64,000 nucleotides of DNA from a virus, in UHGV virus genome UHGV-1351982; one strand, 5' to 3'. Under the pieces are notes generated by a model. That model saw only the letters and a program-made list of their open reading frames with translations. It was not told the origin of the DNA and searched no databases. Shown piece after piece: positions 49,193 through 58,633 of this stretch. The position numbers and the translations under genes are program-made. Position 1 is the stretch's first letter. The number at the start of each line of letters is the position of its first letter.

Positions 49193-50070
49193 TACAGAAT
49201 CCTCTGTACACCACAGCTATCATTTTTGTCCGTGGTAAATGTCATAATCTTACCGGCTTCATCATTAACTTGCGCAACCGTCAACTGCCCGTTGAAAACA
49301 CCGCCAGTATCGAGATAAACACGGTTCTTGTACAGAATTGGGTAAGGAACACCAGTGTGACCATGGAATACGAAATCTACACTTTCAACTTCTGGTACTT
49401 CCACAGTCAATTCATCTTTAAATCCTGCATAACGCTGGAAATAGGGATGCTCTGCACCTTGCTTAGACAGATGAAAACCAATTTCCTGAATTACATCACG
49501 ATCCCACAGATACGGCTCAATGTAATAGCTAGGATGATCATTGGGATCATTTTCACTTGCAGCGATATGATCAATAATATCATCCCAATTAGGTGTATGT
49601 ACATCGAATCCAGCATCTTTATACTGAAACGGTATTCCGCCATGAACAACACCGTATTTCTTGCCACGATGGAGTACGGTCATGAATACAGGCATTTTAG
49701 CTGCCATATCTTCTGCGATACCTTTAATTGTATCGGTATCCAGATCATTCATTGCCCACATTCCACCATTATACATCCAGTTGGCGTAGTCACCAGCAAT
49801 CATAAACTGATCATGGTTGCCACGAACGCTACGGAAGCGTGGGTTATATAAGAATTTGGCTAGAACCTGTAAGTTCTGCGGGCCACGGTCGATCAGGTCG
49901 CCAACACAGACAACATAGTCACGCTTTTCTTTATACCCTGCTAGTTTAAGAGCATCTTCCAGCATATCATTACAGCCGTGAATATCTCCTACGAAGAACA
50001 GGTTAACATCATCTGGTACTACTAACATTTCGTGCAGGTTAAATTCTTTTTTCATTATCGAGTCATCCAA
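49192..50070 (-). CDS. Ser/Thr protein phosphatase (PPP-family, lambda-PPase-like)
   Basis: Motifs GDIHG, GDLIDRG, GNHD in canonical order; 292 aa. Confidence 0.7.
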   Translation of the reverse strand: MDDSIMKKEFNLHEMLVVPDDVNLFFVGDIHGCNDMLEDALKLAGYKEKRDYVVCVGDLIDRGPQNLQVLAKFLYNPRFRSVRGNHDQFMIAGDYANWMYNGGMWAMNDLDTDTIKGIAEDMAAKMPVFMTVLHRGKKYGVVHGGIPFQYKDAGFDVHTPNWDDIIDHIAASENDPNDHPSYYIEPYLWDRDVIQEIGFHLSKQGAEHPYFQRYAGFKDELTVEVPEVESVDFVFHGHTGVPYPILYKNRVYLDTGGVFNGQLTVAQVNDEAGKIMTFTTDKNDSCGVQRIL

Positions 50071-50435
50071 TTAGTGTGTTTTTCAGCTTCTGTATCGTTT
50101 GGCTCAAAGACAACGTGACAGTCTACTGCTTCCCAGAAAGATTGACGGATGATAGCATTTTGTTCTGCAATATCCAACTCTTCCCATTCTTCAAGTGTTT
50201 CTAGATCTGTATCAACTTCGGTATCACAGCCCACCAGCCCCAAAGTAACAACAATAGTAACACGGCCTTCACGTTCTTCGGGATAAGCCTCAGCATATTC
50301 CCAAGCAGCTTGCTCAACATAATATTCTTGCTCCTTTTCAGGCAGTGACTTATATTTTTCTTCTGTGATTCCCATTTCTACAGCACGAGTACCACAGACC
50401 ACGTTGTTATGTATTATAAGATATGCGTAATTCAA
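50055..50435 (-). CDS. hypothetical acidic protein (126 aa)
   Basis: ORF downstream of promoter 50467-50495. Confidence 0.4.
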   Translation of the reverse strand: MNYAYLIIHNNVVCGTRAVEMGITEEKYKSLPEKEQEYYVEQAAWEYAEAYPEEREGRVTIVVTLGLVGCDTEVDTDLETLEEWEELDIAEQNAIIRQSFWEAVDCHVVFEPNDTEAEKHTNWMTR

Positions 50436-50466
50436 TGTGATACTCCTCCCATCAATTTATACATAT

Positions 50467-50495
50467 ATTATATCAAAATTTTTAGCAGAAAGCAA
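50467..50495 (-). promoter_or_regulatory. early promoter (TTGCTT-N17-TATAAT)
   Basis: Minus strand; hexamers read directly. Confidence 0.55.
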
Positions 50496-50500
50496 GTAAT

Positions 50501-50528
50501 AAAAAAGCCTAGTCAGCTAAGACTAGGC
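50501..50528 (-). terminator. rho-independent terminator (GCCTAGTC-AGCTAA-GACTAGGC then U6)
   Basis: 8-bp stem; U-run on minus-strand RNA after thioredoxin-like gene. Confidence 0.55.
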
Positions 50529-50536
50529 TTTGGGTA

Positions 50537-50827
50537 TTAATCCTCTGGATTATCTTCCAGGAAGTTTTTGATTGCATCGTGCATAGTTTCTTTACGAAGC
50601 TGACGACCAATCAGAATGTGGTTGGCTTCCACACGACCATTCGGGAGACGATCTGCTAAAACTACTACAGGAACCTGACGAACGCCAAATTTCTGCATAA
50701 GTTCTGTGTTATCAGTCTCTTTATGAACTTCTAGACTGTAATCCTGTACTACTTTATCGAATACAGGCTCAAACATTTTGCATGGATTGCAGGTAGATCC
50801 CTTTAATAGATATACTAATTTACTCAT
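50537..50827 (-). CDS. thioredoxin/glutaredoxin-like protein
   Basis: 96 aa with CNPC active-site-like motif near N-terminus. Confidence 0.5.
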   Translation of the reverse strand: MSKLVYLLKGSTCNPCKMFEPVFDKVVQDYSLEVHKETDNTELMQKFGVRQVPVVVLADRLPNGRVEANHILIGRQLRKETMHDAIKNFLEDNPED

Positions 50828-51230
50828 GTTTATTAATGGCCTCCAAAAATGCCTTCATCACTTTAACAGTTGCAGTGCTAAGATCTAAGGTAGCACCTAA
50901 GCACTCAGATACAGCAGCCTGATAAGGGGCCTTTAGCCTGCCTTCCGGTACTTGTACTTTCTTATAGGTTTTCTTTTTGACTTTATCCAGCATCGTTTCA
51001 AGAACATTGAGAGGCAACTTCTGACCTTCAATATTCACGCCAAGCTCTTCCATTAGCATGGTATTTAAGTCAATACGAGTAAGTTTCTTGCCCTTGCTAG
51101 ACATACGAATTCCCGCCTTTTTCTCAAGTTTTGCACGCTCTGGTGAATCGAGGTCACGTAATGCGATGTTCAATTCATACGGAGCCATATTGTAATGGTT
51201 AGCCATCTGAGTATAGTAACGATCTGACAT
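50820..51230 (-). CDS. hypothetical protein (136 aa)
   Basis: ORF downstream of promoter 51264-51292. Confidence 0.4.
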   Translation of the reverse strand: MSDRYYTQMANHYNMAPYELNIALRDLDSPERAKLEKKAGIRMSSKGKKLTRIDLNTMLMEELGVNIEGQKLPLNVLETMLDKVKKKTYKKVQVPEGRLKAPYQAAVSECLGATLDLSTATVKVMKAFLEAINKHE

Positions 51231-51263
51231 TTGTGAAACTCCTCTGATTCAATTTATACAAAT

Positions 51264-51292
51264 ATTATATAAAAATTTCAGCGTAAAGTCAA
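51264..51292 (-). promoter_or_regulatory. early promoter (TTGACT-N17-TATAAT)
   Basis: Minus strand; leader TTTGTATAAATTGAATCAGAGG precedes ATG at 51230. Confidence 0.55.
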
Positions 51293-51305
51293 CTACTTTT
51301 TTATA

Positions 51306-51722
51306 TTAATGTGCTTGATGTGGGAATCTCTTCCTAACTAAGTACATTGTTATTGGATATATTGAATACATAAGTATAGGGGAGAAAAGGGTGAAATAAG
51401 CCGTGACTCCCCCAGCTAACATTAGTGGTATCAATGCTAGAGTAAGGGCCATAAGAATCATACCGAATGAGACAGCCAGGGCTACTGTGATGCAGTTCTC
51501 TAACTCCATCCAAAGCCAACAATATTTCGTATTCCTCTGGCAGTTGCATTTGCAAACGCCGAATGTGCCCATAATTATATACTCTAGCCCATGAACGACT
51601 TTCTTTAATGTATCATTTTGGGTAACTAGTGCGACAACAGTGAGAATTATCATTAAGATGAAAACTACTAGGCTTATTTTCCATATTCCTAGTAATATCA
51701 TAGTGAATAGTTCTGCAAACAT
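51306..51722 (-). CDS. integral membrane protein (138 aa)
   Basis: Multiple hydrophobic helices; next to endolysin/holin, so possibly a lysis accessory. Confidence 0.4.
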   Translation of the reverse strand: MFAELFTMILLGIWKISLVVFILMIILTVVALVTQNDTLKKVVHGLEYIIMGTFGVCKCNCQRNTKYCWLWMELENCITVALAVSFGMILMALTLALIPLMLAGGVTAYFTLFSPILMYSIYPITMYLVRKRFPHQAH

Positions 51723-51797
51723 GGCTTTCTCCTATCATTAAGTTTTTAAAGCCCCCTTTGCTTTAAAAGGCGGGAATTACCCCGCCTTGATTTATTA

Positions 51798-52211
51798 TCA
51801 GACTAATTCTACGTGACCACCGTCGTAAGTACCACGATCGATCTCATCATGATAATCACCAGAACTATTCCAGTCGGCACCAAAACGAAGTTTGACACCA
51901 AGTTCCTTACCCGCTTGTTCAAAAGCCTTCTTAACAGCCCAAAATGCTTCCAGATCTTTCCAATCAATCTTACCATTAATATATGGTGCAAAATCGATAG
52001 CGTCTCCAGTTACATGCTTACTTTTGCTAGGGTCTTTCAAGAATGAAGTACCATTAGCAATATTTTGGGCACTTTGTGCTACTGTACGAATACCCTGTAC
52101 GATTGTGAAATCATACGGGGATAATTCTAAAGCCCTACGAGCTACCTTCTGTAGCTCGGGCTTAACAGTTGCTAATTGTTTTTCGCTATTTTTACCAAAT
52201 TTAAAACTCAT
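51798..52211 (-). CDS. lys: endolysin, L-alanyl-D-glutamate peptidase (M15-type, T5 endolysin-like)
   Basis: 137 aa, same size as T5 endolysin; Zn-peptidase motifs HVTGDAIDF and DGGHVE. Confidence 0.75.
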   Translation of the reverse strand: MSFKFGKNSEKQLATVKPELQKVARRALELSPYDFTIVQGIRTVAQSAQNIANGTSFLKDPSKSKHVTGDAIDFAPYINGKIDWKDLEAFWAVKKAFEQAGKELGVKLRFGADWNSSGDYHDEIDRGTYDGGHVELV

Positions 52212-52864
52212 ATAGATCTACCTAATGATCTTTGCTGTGGTGAGCAAAGCTTTGTTAAGTACTCATTAAATTGTTCCGAGTCAGCTGTATCTACGGGTTT
52301 ATCCTTCCAGGCAATACCTATGTATCCAGCATAGATATTATTTAGGTTGAAATACGGACAAGTGTAGACGTAATTAAAAGTAACGTTCTTAAACGCGGGT
52401 ATATTTGACCCCATATATTTATTTACTTTTACACTTAAATCCGAAGCGTAGTTAAAGCCTTCCAGGTGACGTCTATAAAGTTCAGACGTCTTGTTTACTG
52501 CTTTATCGGCCAAGTCAGCCCTATCCAATTGCGCATTGCTTTCCCATGCAATAATGTTCGAATAATCGTTTATAGCATCGGGTTTATACTTGACTACAAA
52601 AACAGCATCCGCACCCGTCTGAGAGAAAAGAACCATACTCTTTTCTCGTGCTACATTAGGAAAGTTATCTATCCTTTGGGTTTGAACATCCTGTAAAACC
52701 GCAGACGTGGAGAAAGTCTTTAAAAATGACATCACCTCGCTAGTGTTACTTACAAACAAGAAAATAATGACAGCAACTAAGATAGTTAGCAGACGTTTTA
52801 GTAGCGAAGCTGGATCTTTCGCTTCTTGGAGCAGTACCGTTAATAGTTGTAGAAACTTTTCCAC
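52208..52864 (-). CDS. putative holin
   Basis: 218 aa with N-proximal TM helix LTILVAVIIFLFV; immediately upstream of and overlapping the endolysin. Confidence 0.5.
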   Translation of the reverse strand: MEKFLQLLTVLLQEAKDPASLLKRLLTILVAVIIFLFVSNTSEVMSFLKTFSTSAVLQDVQTQRIDNFPNVAREKSMVLFSQTGADAVFVVKYKPDAINDYSNIIAWESNAQLDRADLADKAVNKTSELYRRHLEGFNYASDLSVKVNKYMGSNIPAFKNVTFNYVYTCPYFNLNNIYAGYIGIAWKDKPVDTADSEQFNEYLTKLCSPQQRSLGRSI

Positions 52865-52980
52865 TTGTAACCTCCTCTAACCATTACCATTATACTAACT
52901 CTAGAGGAAAATTACAATGTGTTTTTAAAGTTCACTTCTGGAGCACAATTTTTTGTCGTTGTCAAGAAGAATTTTAGGCA

Positions 52981-53010
52981 AAAGAAAAGCCAGAGTCGTT
53001 AAACTCTGGC
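52981..53010 (-). terminator. rho-independent terminator (GCCAGAGT-TTAACG-ACTCTGGC then U-run)
   Basis: 8-bp stem after the stop of the ClpP-like gene. Confidence 0.55.
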
Positions 53011-53020
53011 TTAAAACTAC

Positions 53021-53503
53021 TTACACTTCTCCATGTTCTTCTGGATGCGGAGCTTGAGCTCTACTATATTGCTCTTTGCGATAATTCGCCAAAATTTCAA
53101 TACGCTTATTGATTTCTTTGCTGTTGAGGTAGATATTCTTATTCTCTTTTACCATATCCTCGATCTCGTCAATAGAGAAGAACGGGAAGTAAACATCGAG
53201 CATCATATCTTCTACAAACTGGTTGTAAGATTCATAGGCTTTCTTGATTTCTTGACCTTTCTCACAGAATCCGCCAGAGAACGTATGTCCCATAAGCGTA
53301 GCATGTGGATGTACAACCCAACCGTGGCAAGACAGGAAGATTGTGCAGTAAGCAGAAGCACTAGGACCGAGCAGGTGTCCAATAACCGTTCCACGACAGT
53401 TAGCGATTAAGTTAGATAGCTGTGCAGCAGTATCAACATAACCACCAGGCCCATTAATCATCAGATTAATTTCATCATCTTCACCAGCCTGCATCAGTAT
53501 CAT
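53021..53503 (-). CDS. ClpP-like serine protease (N-terminally interrupted, see findings)
   Basis: Aligns by eye to ClpP core: INLMINGPGG (YINSPGG), GPSASAY (Ser site), MGHTF (His site). Confidence 0.55.
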   Translation of the reverse strand: MILMQAGEDDEINLMINGPGGYVDTAAQLSNLIANCRGTVIGHLLGPSASAYCTIFLSCHGWVVHPHATLMGHTFSGGFCEKGQEIKKAYESYNQFVEDMMLDVYFPFFSIDEIEDMVKENKNIYLNSKEINKRIEILANYRKEQYSRAQAPHPEEHGEV

Positions 53504-53631
53504 CGATAGATCACGATACTCATCTGGTGAACCTAATTCTTCGTCAAAGAAAAGGTATATTCGTTAGATTGGCGAACAGTGTGAAACAGGTTAGTCTTTT
53601 CTTCTTTCTTATTAGTCATAGTGATCCTTAA

Positions 53632-54384
53632 TTATCCAACTAGTGGTTCTAGCTCTAAGTCACAGAAGTGGTACACATCGGTACGAAGTGCATCAAGTCC
53701 GTTGAAGGTATTCTCAAATTTATGAGAAATGTATTTTTCAGGAATACCGCTTTCAGACGGGTGATCTGTCTCGATGCGATACTTATTAGTAATACCAGAT
53801 TCAACCTTAATAAGCATGGAATCCATATCTAGAGTATTGGTTTCCATGATTAGCTCTCCCTCATTGGGGAAACGCACATCGGTAACGATTGCGACGTCTG
53901 GGTCGTCTTTATCGATGGATTGCTCCAGAATTATGAGCCAAATGCGTTCATGCACCAGCTGCCTTCCTAACTCAGTACCTACAAGCTGTAGCATTTTTCT
54001 TGGGGAGATAAACACGCTATATAGCGCATCATCAGCTTGCCCAATCAATTGCTGAGGATCAAGGTATTTTCCTTCAAAAATCGGCCAAACGTACGAGAAG
54101 TCCTCAAACTTATCGATACCATACTTAAACCATACGTCTCTAGCTCGCTCCAATTGAGATTGTGTGACCATAAACCATTGGTCAATCTCTTTTCCCCTGC
54201 GCTCTCCCAGAAACTCTGGAGTTACCCCGAGGATTACGGATGCAAGTTCGTAAACGGGTTTAGCAAAACTGTAACGACGGGATAAACACGTTGGGAACGT
54301 GTCATTACACCAGTCAATCATTAATTCTGCAACGGTATCTTTTCCCGCACCAGCCTCACCATGTAAACCGACTAATACTGACAT
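53632..54384 (-). CDS. dnk: deoxynucleoside monophosphate kinase (T5 Dnk-like)
   Basis: 250 aa; P-loop GLHGEAGAGKDT at N-terminus; size matches T5 dNMP kinase. Confidence 0.6.
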   Translation of the reverse strand: MSVLVGLHGEAGAGKDTVAELMIDWCNDTFPTCLSRRYSFAKPVYELASVILGVTPEFLGERRGKEIDQWFMVTQSQLERARDVWFKYGIDKFEDFSYVWPIFEGKYLDPQQLIGQADDALYSVFISPRKMLQLVGTELGRQLVHERIWLIILEQSIDKDDPDVAIVTDVRFPNEGELIMETNTLDMDSMLIKVESGITNKYRIETDHPSESGIPEKYISHKFENTFNGLDALRTDVYHFCDLELEPLVG

Positions 54385-54737
54385 TAATCTTTCCTATTTG
54401 TAATGGGTGGATAGTAAACTAAGCAACGTTTTTCTTGTAAATCTTGACGATAGAAGCAAACCATACCGGTCAGTCGTGAAATGTAAGAGTAAACTGCTTC
54501 CTCGCATTTTGCTTTTGCATTCCAATCTTTGTAAGGTACAACAACTACTACGCCATCTTCACCATTTGTAGCTAATTTCTTTTCGAATTTGAAATCAAAG
54601 CTACACGGCTGAAGTCCTTTAGGCCAGTCAACATGAGCTTGCTTTAACTCATGAGATGGCTCTGGTTTTATTTCTTCTGCACAGCCTGTGATTGTGATTG
54701 CGGCTGCGAGCAGTACTCCAAGTTTCCAGTTAAACAT
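54384..54737 (-). CDS. lipoprotein (117 aa)
   Basis: Signal peptide plus lipobox ITGC. Confidence 0.45.
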   Translation of the reverse strand: MFNWKLGVLLAAAITITGCAEEIKPEPSHELKQAHVDWPKGLQPCSFDFKFEKKLATNGEDGVVVVVPYKDWNAKAKCEEAVYSYISRLTGMVCFYRQDLQEKRCLVYYPPITNRKD

Positions 54738-55117
54738 GCTAATCTTTCCTCGAACTCTTTATTCTGCTTTTTAGCAATTAATGTTACCAATCCAGGCTTT
54801 GCAGCGATAACATCCTGACGACTAAGAGCTTTATCTAACTGCTTAATCTTTTTGTCTAGATCTGCTTGTGAAATATTATTCATTGTGAAGTACTGATTCA
54901 TTAGAGTCTCACGAAGTTCACTCTCAGTTTTCACTTTATTAAGAGAAGTCTCTAGAGTGGAGATCTTTTTAGTCGCAACTGCAAGATCTCCCGCTAAAGT
55001 TTCAACCTTATTTACTAAATGATAAGCACCGAATCCGATACCTATCGCAAGACCAGCTCCCAGGATATACCACTTACCTTGCCATATTCCTGAAAGAAGT
55101 TTTTGTATCAAATCCAT
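54668..55117 (-). CDS. membrane-anchored coiled-coil protein (149 aa)
   Basis: N-terminal TM helix; overlaps the downstream ORF. Confidence 0.4.
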   Translation of the reverse strand: MDLIQKLLSGIWQGKWYILGAGLAIGIGFGAYHLVNKVETLAGDLAVATKKISTLETSLNKVKTESELRETLMNQYFTMNNISQADLDKKIKQLDKALSRQDVIAAKPGLVTLIAKKQNKEFEERLACLTGNLEYCSQPQSQSQAVQKK

Positions 55118-55772
55118 GTGCTGCTAACCTGTCTTTATCTGATACGGTAATCATATCAGGCTCACCAGTTCCTAGTACACCGAAGATATACTGTTCGAGA
55201 ACTTGGTGTAAACGGTATAAGTTACTTTCAATTTCCTGCCACGGAATACCTGACTGGTGGAAACGAATGTTTGTCTGAATTACGAAGTTACGAACATCAT
55301 CGTTATCGTTCTTCTTAATACCTTTCACATACGCAATTGGTACGCGCAGTTCAGATAAGATACGTTCTGCTTTAGGTTTTGCTTCAACCAACATATCTCG
55401 CATGGTTTCACGAACATCACCACGATTCTTATCTAGTAAGTAAGAACGGGCATGTAATCCCATTTCTTCCATTTTATCAAATACAGCATCGATGTTGAAC
55501 GTTTTGAAACTGAATGCCGGATGCCAGCAGGACAGCTCATGTAACCAGTAAACTTCACCTGCAATAAATAGCGGATTTACTGAGTATTCGAAATCACCAC
55601 GGAAGGATAAGGAACCCTCACGAAACACCTGACGATTATGAACGATATTCTTTTCTACATCGTCAGTTACTTTTACCAGCAGCTCTTCAGTTTTACGCTC
55701 CCAGACACGATCTGGATCAAATAAACTATTCTGCAAATCGTATACATCATTGAACTTTGAAATGATTCTCAT
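55074..55772 (-). CDS. hypothetical protein (232 aa)
   Basis: ORF downstream of promoter 55804-55832. Confidence 0.45.
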   Translation of the reverse strand: MRIISKFNDVYDLQNSLFDPDRVWERKTEELLVKVTDDVEKNIVHNRQVFREGSLSFRGDFEYSVNPLFIAGEVYWLHELSCWHPAFSFKTFNIDAVFDKMEEMGLHARSYLLDKNRGDVRETMRDMLVEAKPKAERILSELRVPIAYVKGIKKNDNDDVRNFVIQTNIRFHQSGIPWQEIESNLYRLHQVLEQYIFGVLGTGEPDMITVSDKDRLAAHGFDTKTSFRNMAR

Positions 55773-55803
55773 AAATTATCCTTTTGCCTCAATCTATAAA
55801 CAT

Positions 55804-55832
55804 ATTATACAATACTTGTGGCATCTGAGCAA
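55804..55832 (-). promoter_or_regulatory. early promoter (TTGCTC-N17-TGTATAAT)
   Basis: Minus strand; hexamers read directly. Confidence 0.5.
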
Positions 55833-55917
55833 CTGAAATTTTATTACAAAAATAGCCCAGTCGCAAAATTGCAGGCTGGGCTTTGTCATTATTATTCTTG
55901 CTAGGAGGTGATTATCA

Positions 55918-56307
55918 TCACTCTTGTTTACTTAATTCTCTAGCACGACGTAGCGATCCAGCGGTTCTCCATAATTTAATGTCGTCAACAACTTCTTTGT
56001 AGGGAGCAATAGTAAGACCTAGCGGCCCCGCTACCAACAGTCCAAAGAAACCAATTACACGCATGTAAAGCAAGCATTCTTTGGGAGTCATTGACTGGAC
56101 AGCCTGTCTTTCCTCAGCACTGTCGAACTCGTGTTCTTGATCGTCTAAACGTAGGTACTTAATAAACCATTCAGCAGAATATTCATCCAGATGACGAATA
56201 ACTGCAATAGCATAGCCTAAACCAATAATAAACCATGCTGCTACAATGAATAAAATAAAGCTCATGATATCTCCAATTAAAGTTGAGGTCAGCGACCAAC
56301 TCACCAC
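55918..56307 (-). CDS. membrane protein (129 aa)
   Basis: Two hydrophobic helices. Confidence 0.4.
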   Translation of the reverse strand: MVSWSLTSTLIGDIMSFILFIVAAWFIIGLGYAIAVIRHLDEYSAEWFIKYLRLDDQEHEFDSAEERQAVQSMTPKECLLYMRVIGFFGLLVAGPLGLTIAPYKEVVDDIKLWRTAGSLRRARELSKQE

Positions 56308-56381
56308 TTACCGCACTAAGGGGCACGACTCCCTTATCCGTAACAGTTGCAGGTGACGCAACTCGGTCCTACGCGAGTTCT

Positions 56382-56666
56382 TTACTTGCTCTGCATTTCA
56401 GCACGGAACTTTTTCATCTTACGAGTTTTACGGAAGAAGAAATAAGTAGCTACTAGCCCGAACAAGGTGTCCATGATAAGCATACCTGACATAATGAATT
56501 TGAACATCTTTTCATCGTCAAATTCTGCTAATTCTGGTGGACGATATTTGTTTATAACATAAAGAATAACATCTTTATTTTTAGAGATATACAGATCATC
56601 AATCAGACTGTAAATCGCGACAACCGCACCAATAACAAACCACAAAGCAAATGGAGAGATAATCAT
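56382..56666 (-). CDS. membrane protein (94 aa)
   Basis: Hydrophobic helices. Confidence 0.4.
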   Translation of the reverse strand: MIISPFALWFVIGAVVAIYSLIDDLYISKNKDVILYVINKYRPPELAEFDDEKMFKFIMSGMLIMDTLFGLVATYFFFRKTRKMKKFRAEMQSK

Positions 56667-56956
56667 TTAAGATCCTTTTCGTCAATTAAAATAGTAACAA
56701 ATAATGGTACACAACCTGGGCATAAATCTTTGCCAAACTTTTCCATTACATCCCAAAGTGGTAAAGTAATCATACCATTCTTAACTCTAGGATCTGTATA
56801 CTCAGCTATTCGTTTATTTGCAAAATCGGTAGCTAAATCTGAATTATGCTCATAGCTATAATCAGTCCAGAATTTAGTGTGATCCTTTCTAAGATACTCT
56901 AGTACAGCATCAGTTGCTGGAATCTGTACTAGACTGTTGAGATTTAGCTCTTTCAC
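56663..56956 (-). CDS. hypothetical protein (97 aa)
   Basis: ORF. Confidence 0.4.
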   Translation of the reverse strand: MKELNLNSLVQIPATDAVLEYLRKDHTKFWTDYSYEHNSDLATDFANKRIAEYTDPRVKNGMITLPLWDVMEKFGKDLCPGCVPLFVTILIDEKDLK

Positions 56957-57407
56957 GTTCTTCTCTCCGACGTTTGCGTTCTTTCATCATGTAAGCTGCT
57001 ACAACCTCATGGTAGTAGTCGTTAATGTTGCCTTCTGGCAAGAAATGTTTAATTGTTTCTAGCTGACAGATAACACGGTAAAGATGTTTATTTGGCAAAC
57101 ATAATTTCATGCCCATAACAAATCCAGAGAAACCTGGAACACTGAACATGGGTTGGGCTTCTACGTTGCCCTCGGGATTGATACTAAGTTCAATCGAGAT
57201 ACCCATTTTCATACTATAAAGCTGACAACCCTCACCATTACCAAATCTTGACCAAACAGTGAAGTCCTCATCGATTTGATCTTGGATTTCTTCAATCGCA
57301 AGTTTAATTCTAGGATCTAAATTAGTCATCTTCACCTTCAAAGTCGCAATCATAACGACAAGTAAACGAATCGGAATTGTTAGAACGTTGAGTAGTGATT
57401 TCACCAC
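56910..57407 (-). CDS. hypothetical protein (165 aa, start uncertain)
   Basis: ORF; N-terminus overlaps upstream gene. Confidence 0.4.
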   Translation of the reverse strand: MVKSLLNVLTIPIRLLVVMIATLKVKMTNLDPRIKLAIEEIQDQIDEDFTVWSRFGNGEGCQLYSMKMGISIELSINPEGNVEAQPMFSVPGFSGFVMGMKLCLPNKHLYRVICQLETIKHFLPEGNINDYYHEVVAAYMMKERKRRREERERAKSQQSSTDSSN

Positions 57408-57621
57408 GTTTGCTAACAGTAACAGCCGGAGTAGAGAAGTTTTTATTAGTATAGATCTCTACTTTGCCATTACGTTCTTTAATATCACGCACTTTACCAT
57501 ATTCGGTGGTAATACCGTTCTGCTGAACTTTAATATTACCATTTTTCATAGAAACTTTGGTGGATGCCAGAGAACCGAAACTAACTGCTGAAATTACTAG
57601 AGCAATAATAAGTTTACGCAT
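57322..57621 (-). CDS. secreted/periplasmic small protein (99 aa)
   Basis: Signal peptide MRKLIIALVISAVSFGSLAS. Confidence 0.4.
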   Translation of the reverse strand: MRKLIIALVISAVSFGSLASTKVSMKNGNIKVQQNGITTEYGKVRDIKERNGKVEIYTNKNFSTPAVTVSKRGEITTQRSNNSDSFTCRYDCDFEGEDD

Positions 57622-57895
57622 AATGCAACTCTCTTAGTTTATTCGTGATAGCCTGTAGTACGCCTTCTCGACTAGTATCTATAGTTACACCGATAGAGTC
57701 TCCAGTCACATACACTTTACACCTATTAGGGCCTTCACTAATTATTAATGCCACTGTAGTTATATTTATAGAACAGTCCTTATAATTAGAAGTTCTAAAG
57801 GTAACGAAAGGAGAACAGAAATTACTCATCTTCATCATCCTCCTTACAGTCACGGCATACATCATAATCATTGAAAGAATGTTCGTGAGCTTCAC
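57614..57895 (-). CDS. hypothetical protein (93 aa)
   Basis: ORF. Confidence 0.35.
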   Translation of the reverse strand: MKLTNILSMIMMYAVTVRRMMKMSNFCSPFVTFRTSNYKDCSINITTVALIISEGPNRCKVYVTGDSIGVTIDTSREGVLQAITNKLRELHYA

Positions 57896-58103
57896 ACCAC
57901 CAAGAACAAGAATCGCACAAGAAAATTTCTGTTTTCTCTATTGCCTGTCCAAGCAGTTCGTCTGCTTCATCTTCTGTGATTTTCAAACTACAAACATCAG
58001 CAATACGTTTAACAATCATTCTGCCTGCTTCATGATAGGACATACAAGTCCCAGCAACATCATGCTCAAGAACATGGACAGCGCAGTCTAAGCGAGTTTT
58101 CAT
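57822..58103 (-). CDS. Cys-rich small protein (93 aa)
   Basis: CDSCSWWC..CRDC motifs; first ORF after promoter 58134-58161. Confidence 0.4.
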   Translation of the reverse strand: MKTRLDCAVHVLEHDVAGTCMSYHEAGRMIVKRIADVCSLKITEDEADELLGQAIEKTEIFLCDSCSWWCEAHEHSFNDYDVCRDCKEDDEDE

Positions 58104-58133
58104 TTCAAAGCCCTCTCATCAATTTATATAAAT

Positions 58134-58161
58134 ATTATATCAAGAAAAGAGGGTTTTAGCA
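58134..58161 (-). promoter_or_regulatory. early promoter (TTGCTA-N17-TGATATAAT) with conserved leader ATAAATTGATGAGAGG
   Basis: Minus strand; leader nearly identical to the plus-strand one at 153-172. Confidence 0.55.
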
Positions 58162-58179
58162 AATGAATTATTTACGAAA

Positions 58180-58575
58180 TTAGTCGTAGCACCACCATAA
58201 CCCCCGCTTACGCAGATCATGATCGCGATTATAGTCGTAATTTTCTGGATCTTTCATCACATGATGAAGTTCACGACGGTTTCCCTGACGAACCATTTTG
58301 TTAGAATGCCACTTAACGTTCCTACTAACAGAATCCCACCAGTGCCCATCTTTCTTCTCGTTACGGATGATATTTTCCTGAATCTCCTTCTCAATTTCAT
58401 CCCAAGTTTTAGCCCATGCTTCATTGGATCGAACTTGATAATACTTCCACTGCTTACCATCCCTATCCGTGTAGATATACGGAATACGGATATTAGTGCT
58501 ATGAAAGTTATAAGTAGAACGATGTGAATCACGCCAGTGACGATTTCCAGATTGTTTACGATATGTACGGCTCAT
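58180..58575 (-). CDS. hypothetical basic protein (131 aa)
   Basis: Trp/His/Arg-rich ORF. Confidence 0.4.
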   Translation of the reverse strand: MSRTYRKQSGNRHWRDSHRSTYNFHSTNIRIPYIYTDRDGKQWKYYQVRSNEAWAKTWDEIEKEIQENIIRNEKKDGHWWDSVSRNVKWHSNKMVRQGNRRELHHVMKDPENYDYNRDHDLRKRGLWWCYD

Positions 58576-58633
58576 ATTACCTCCATTAAGTCTTTTAAAT
58601 TAACTTAATGTGGGCGAACTTCAAAATATAACA

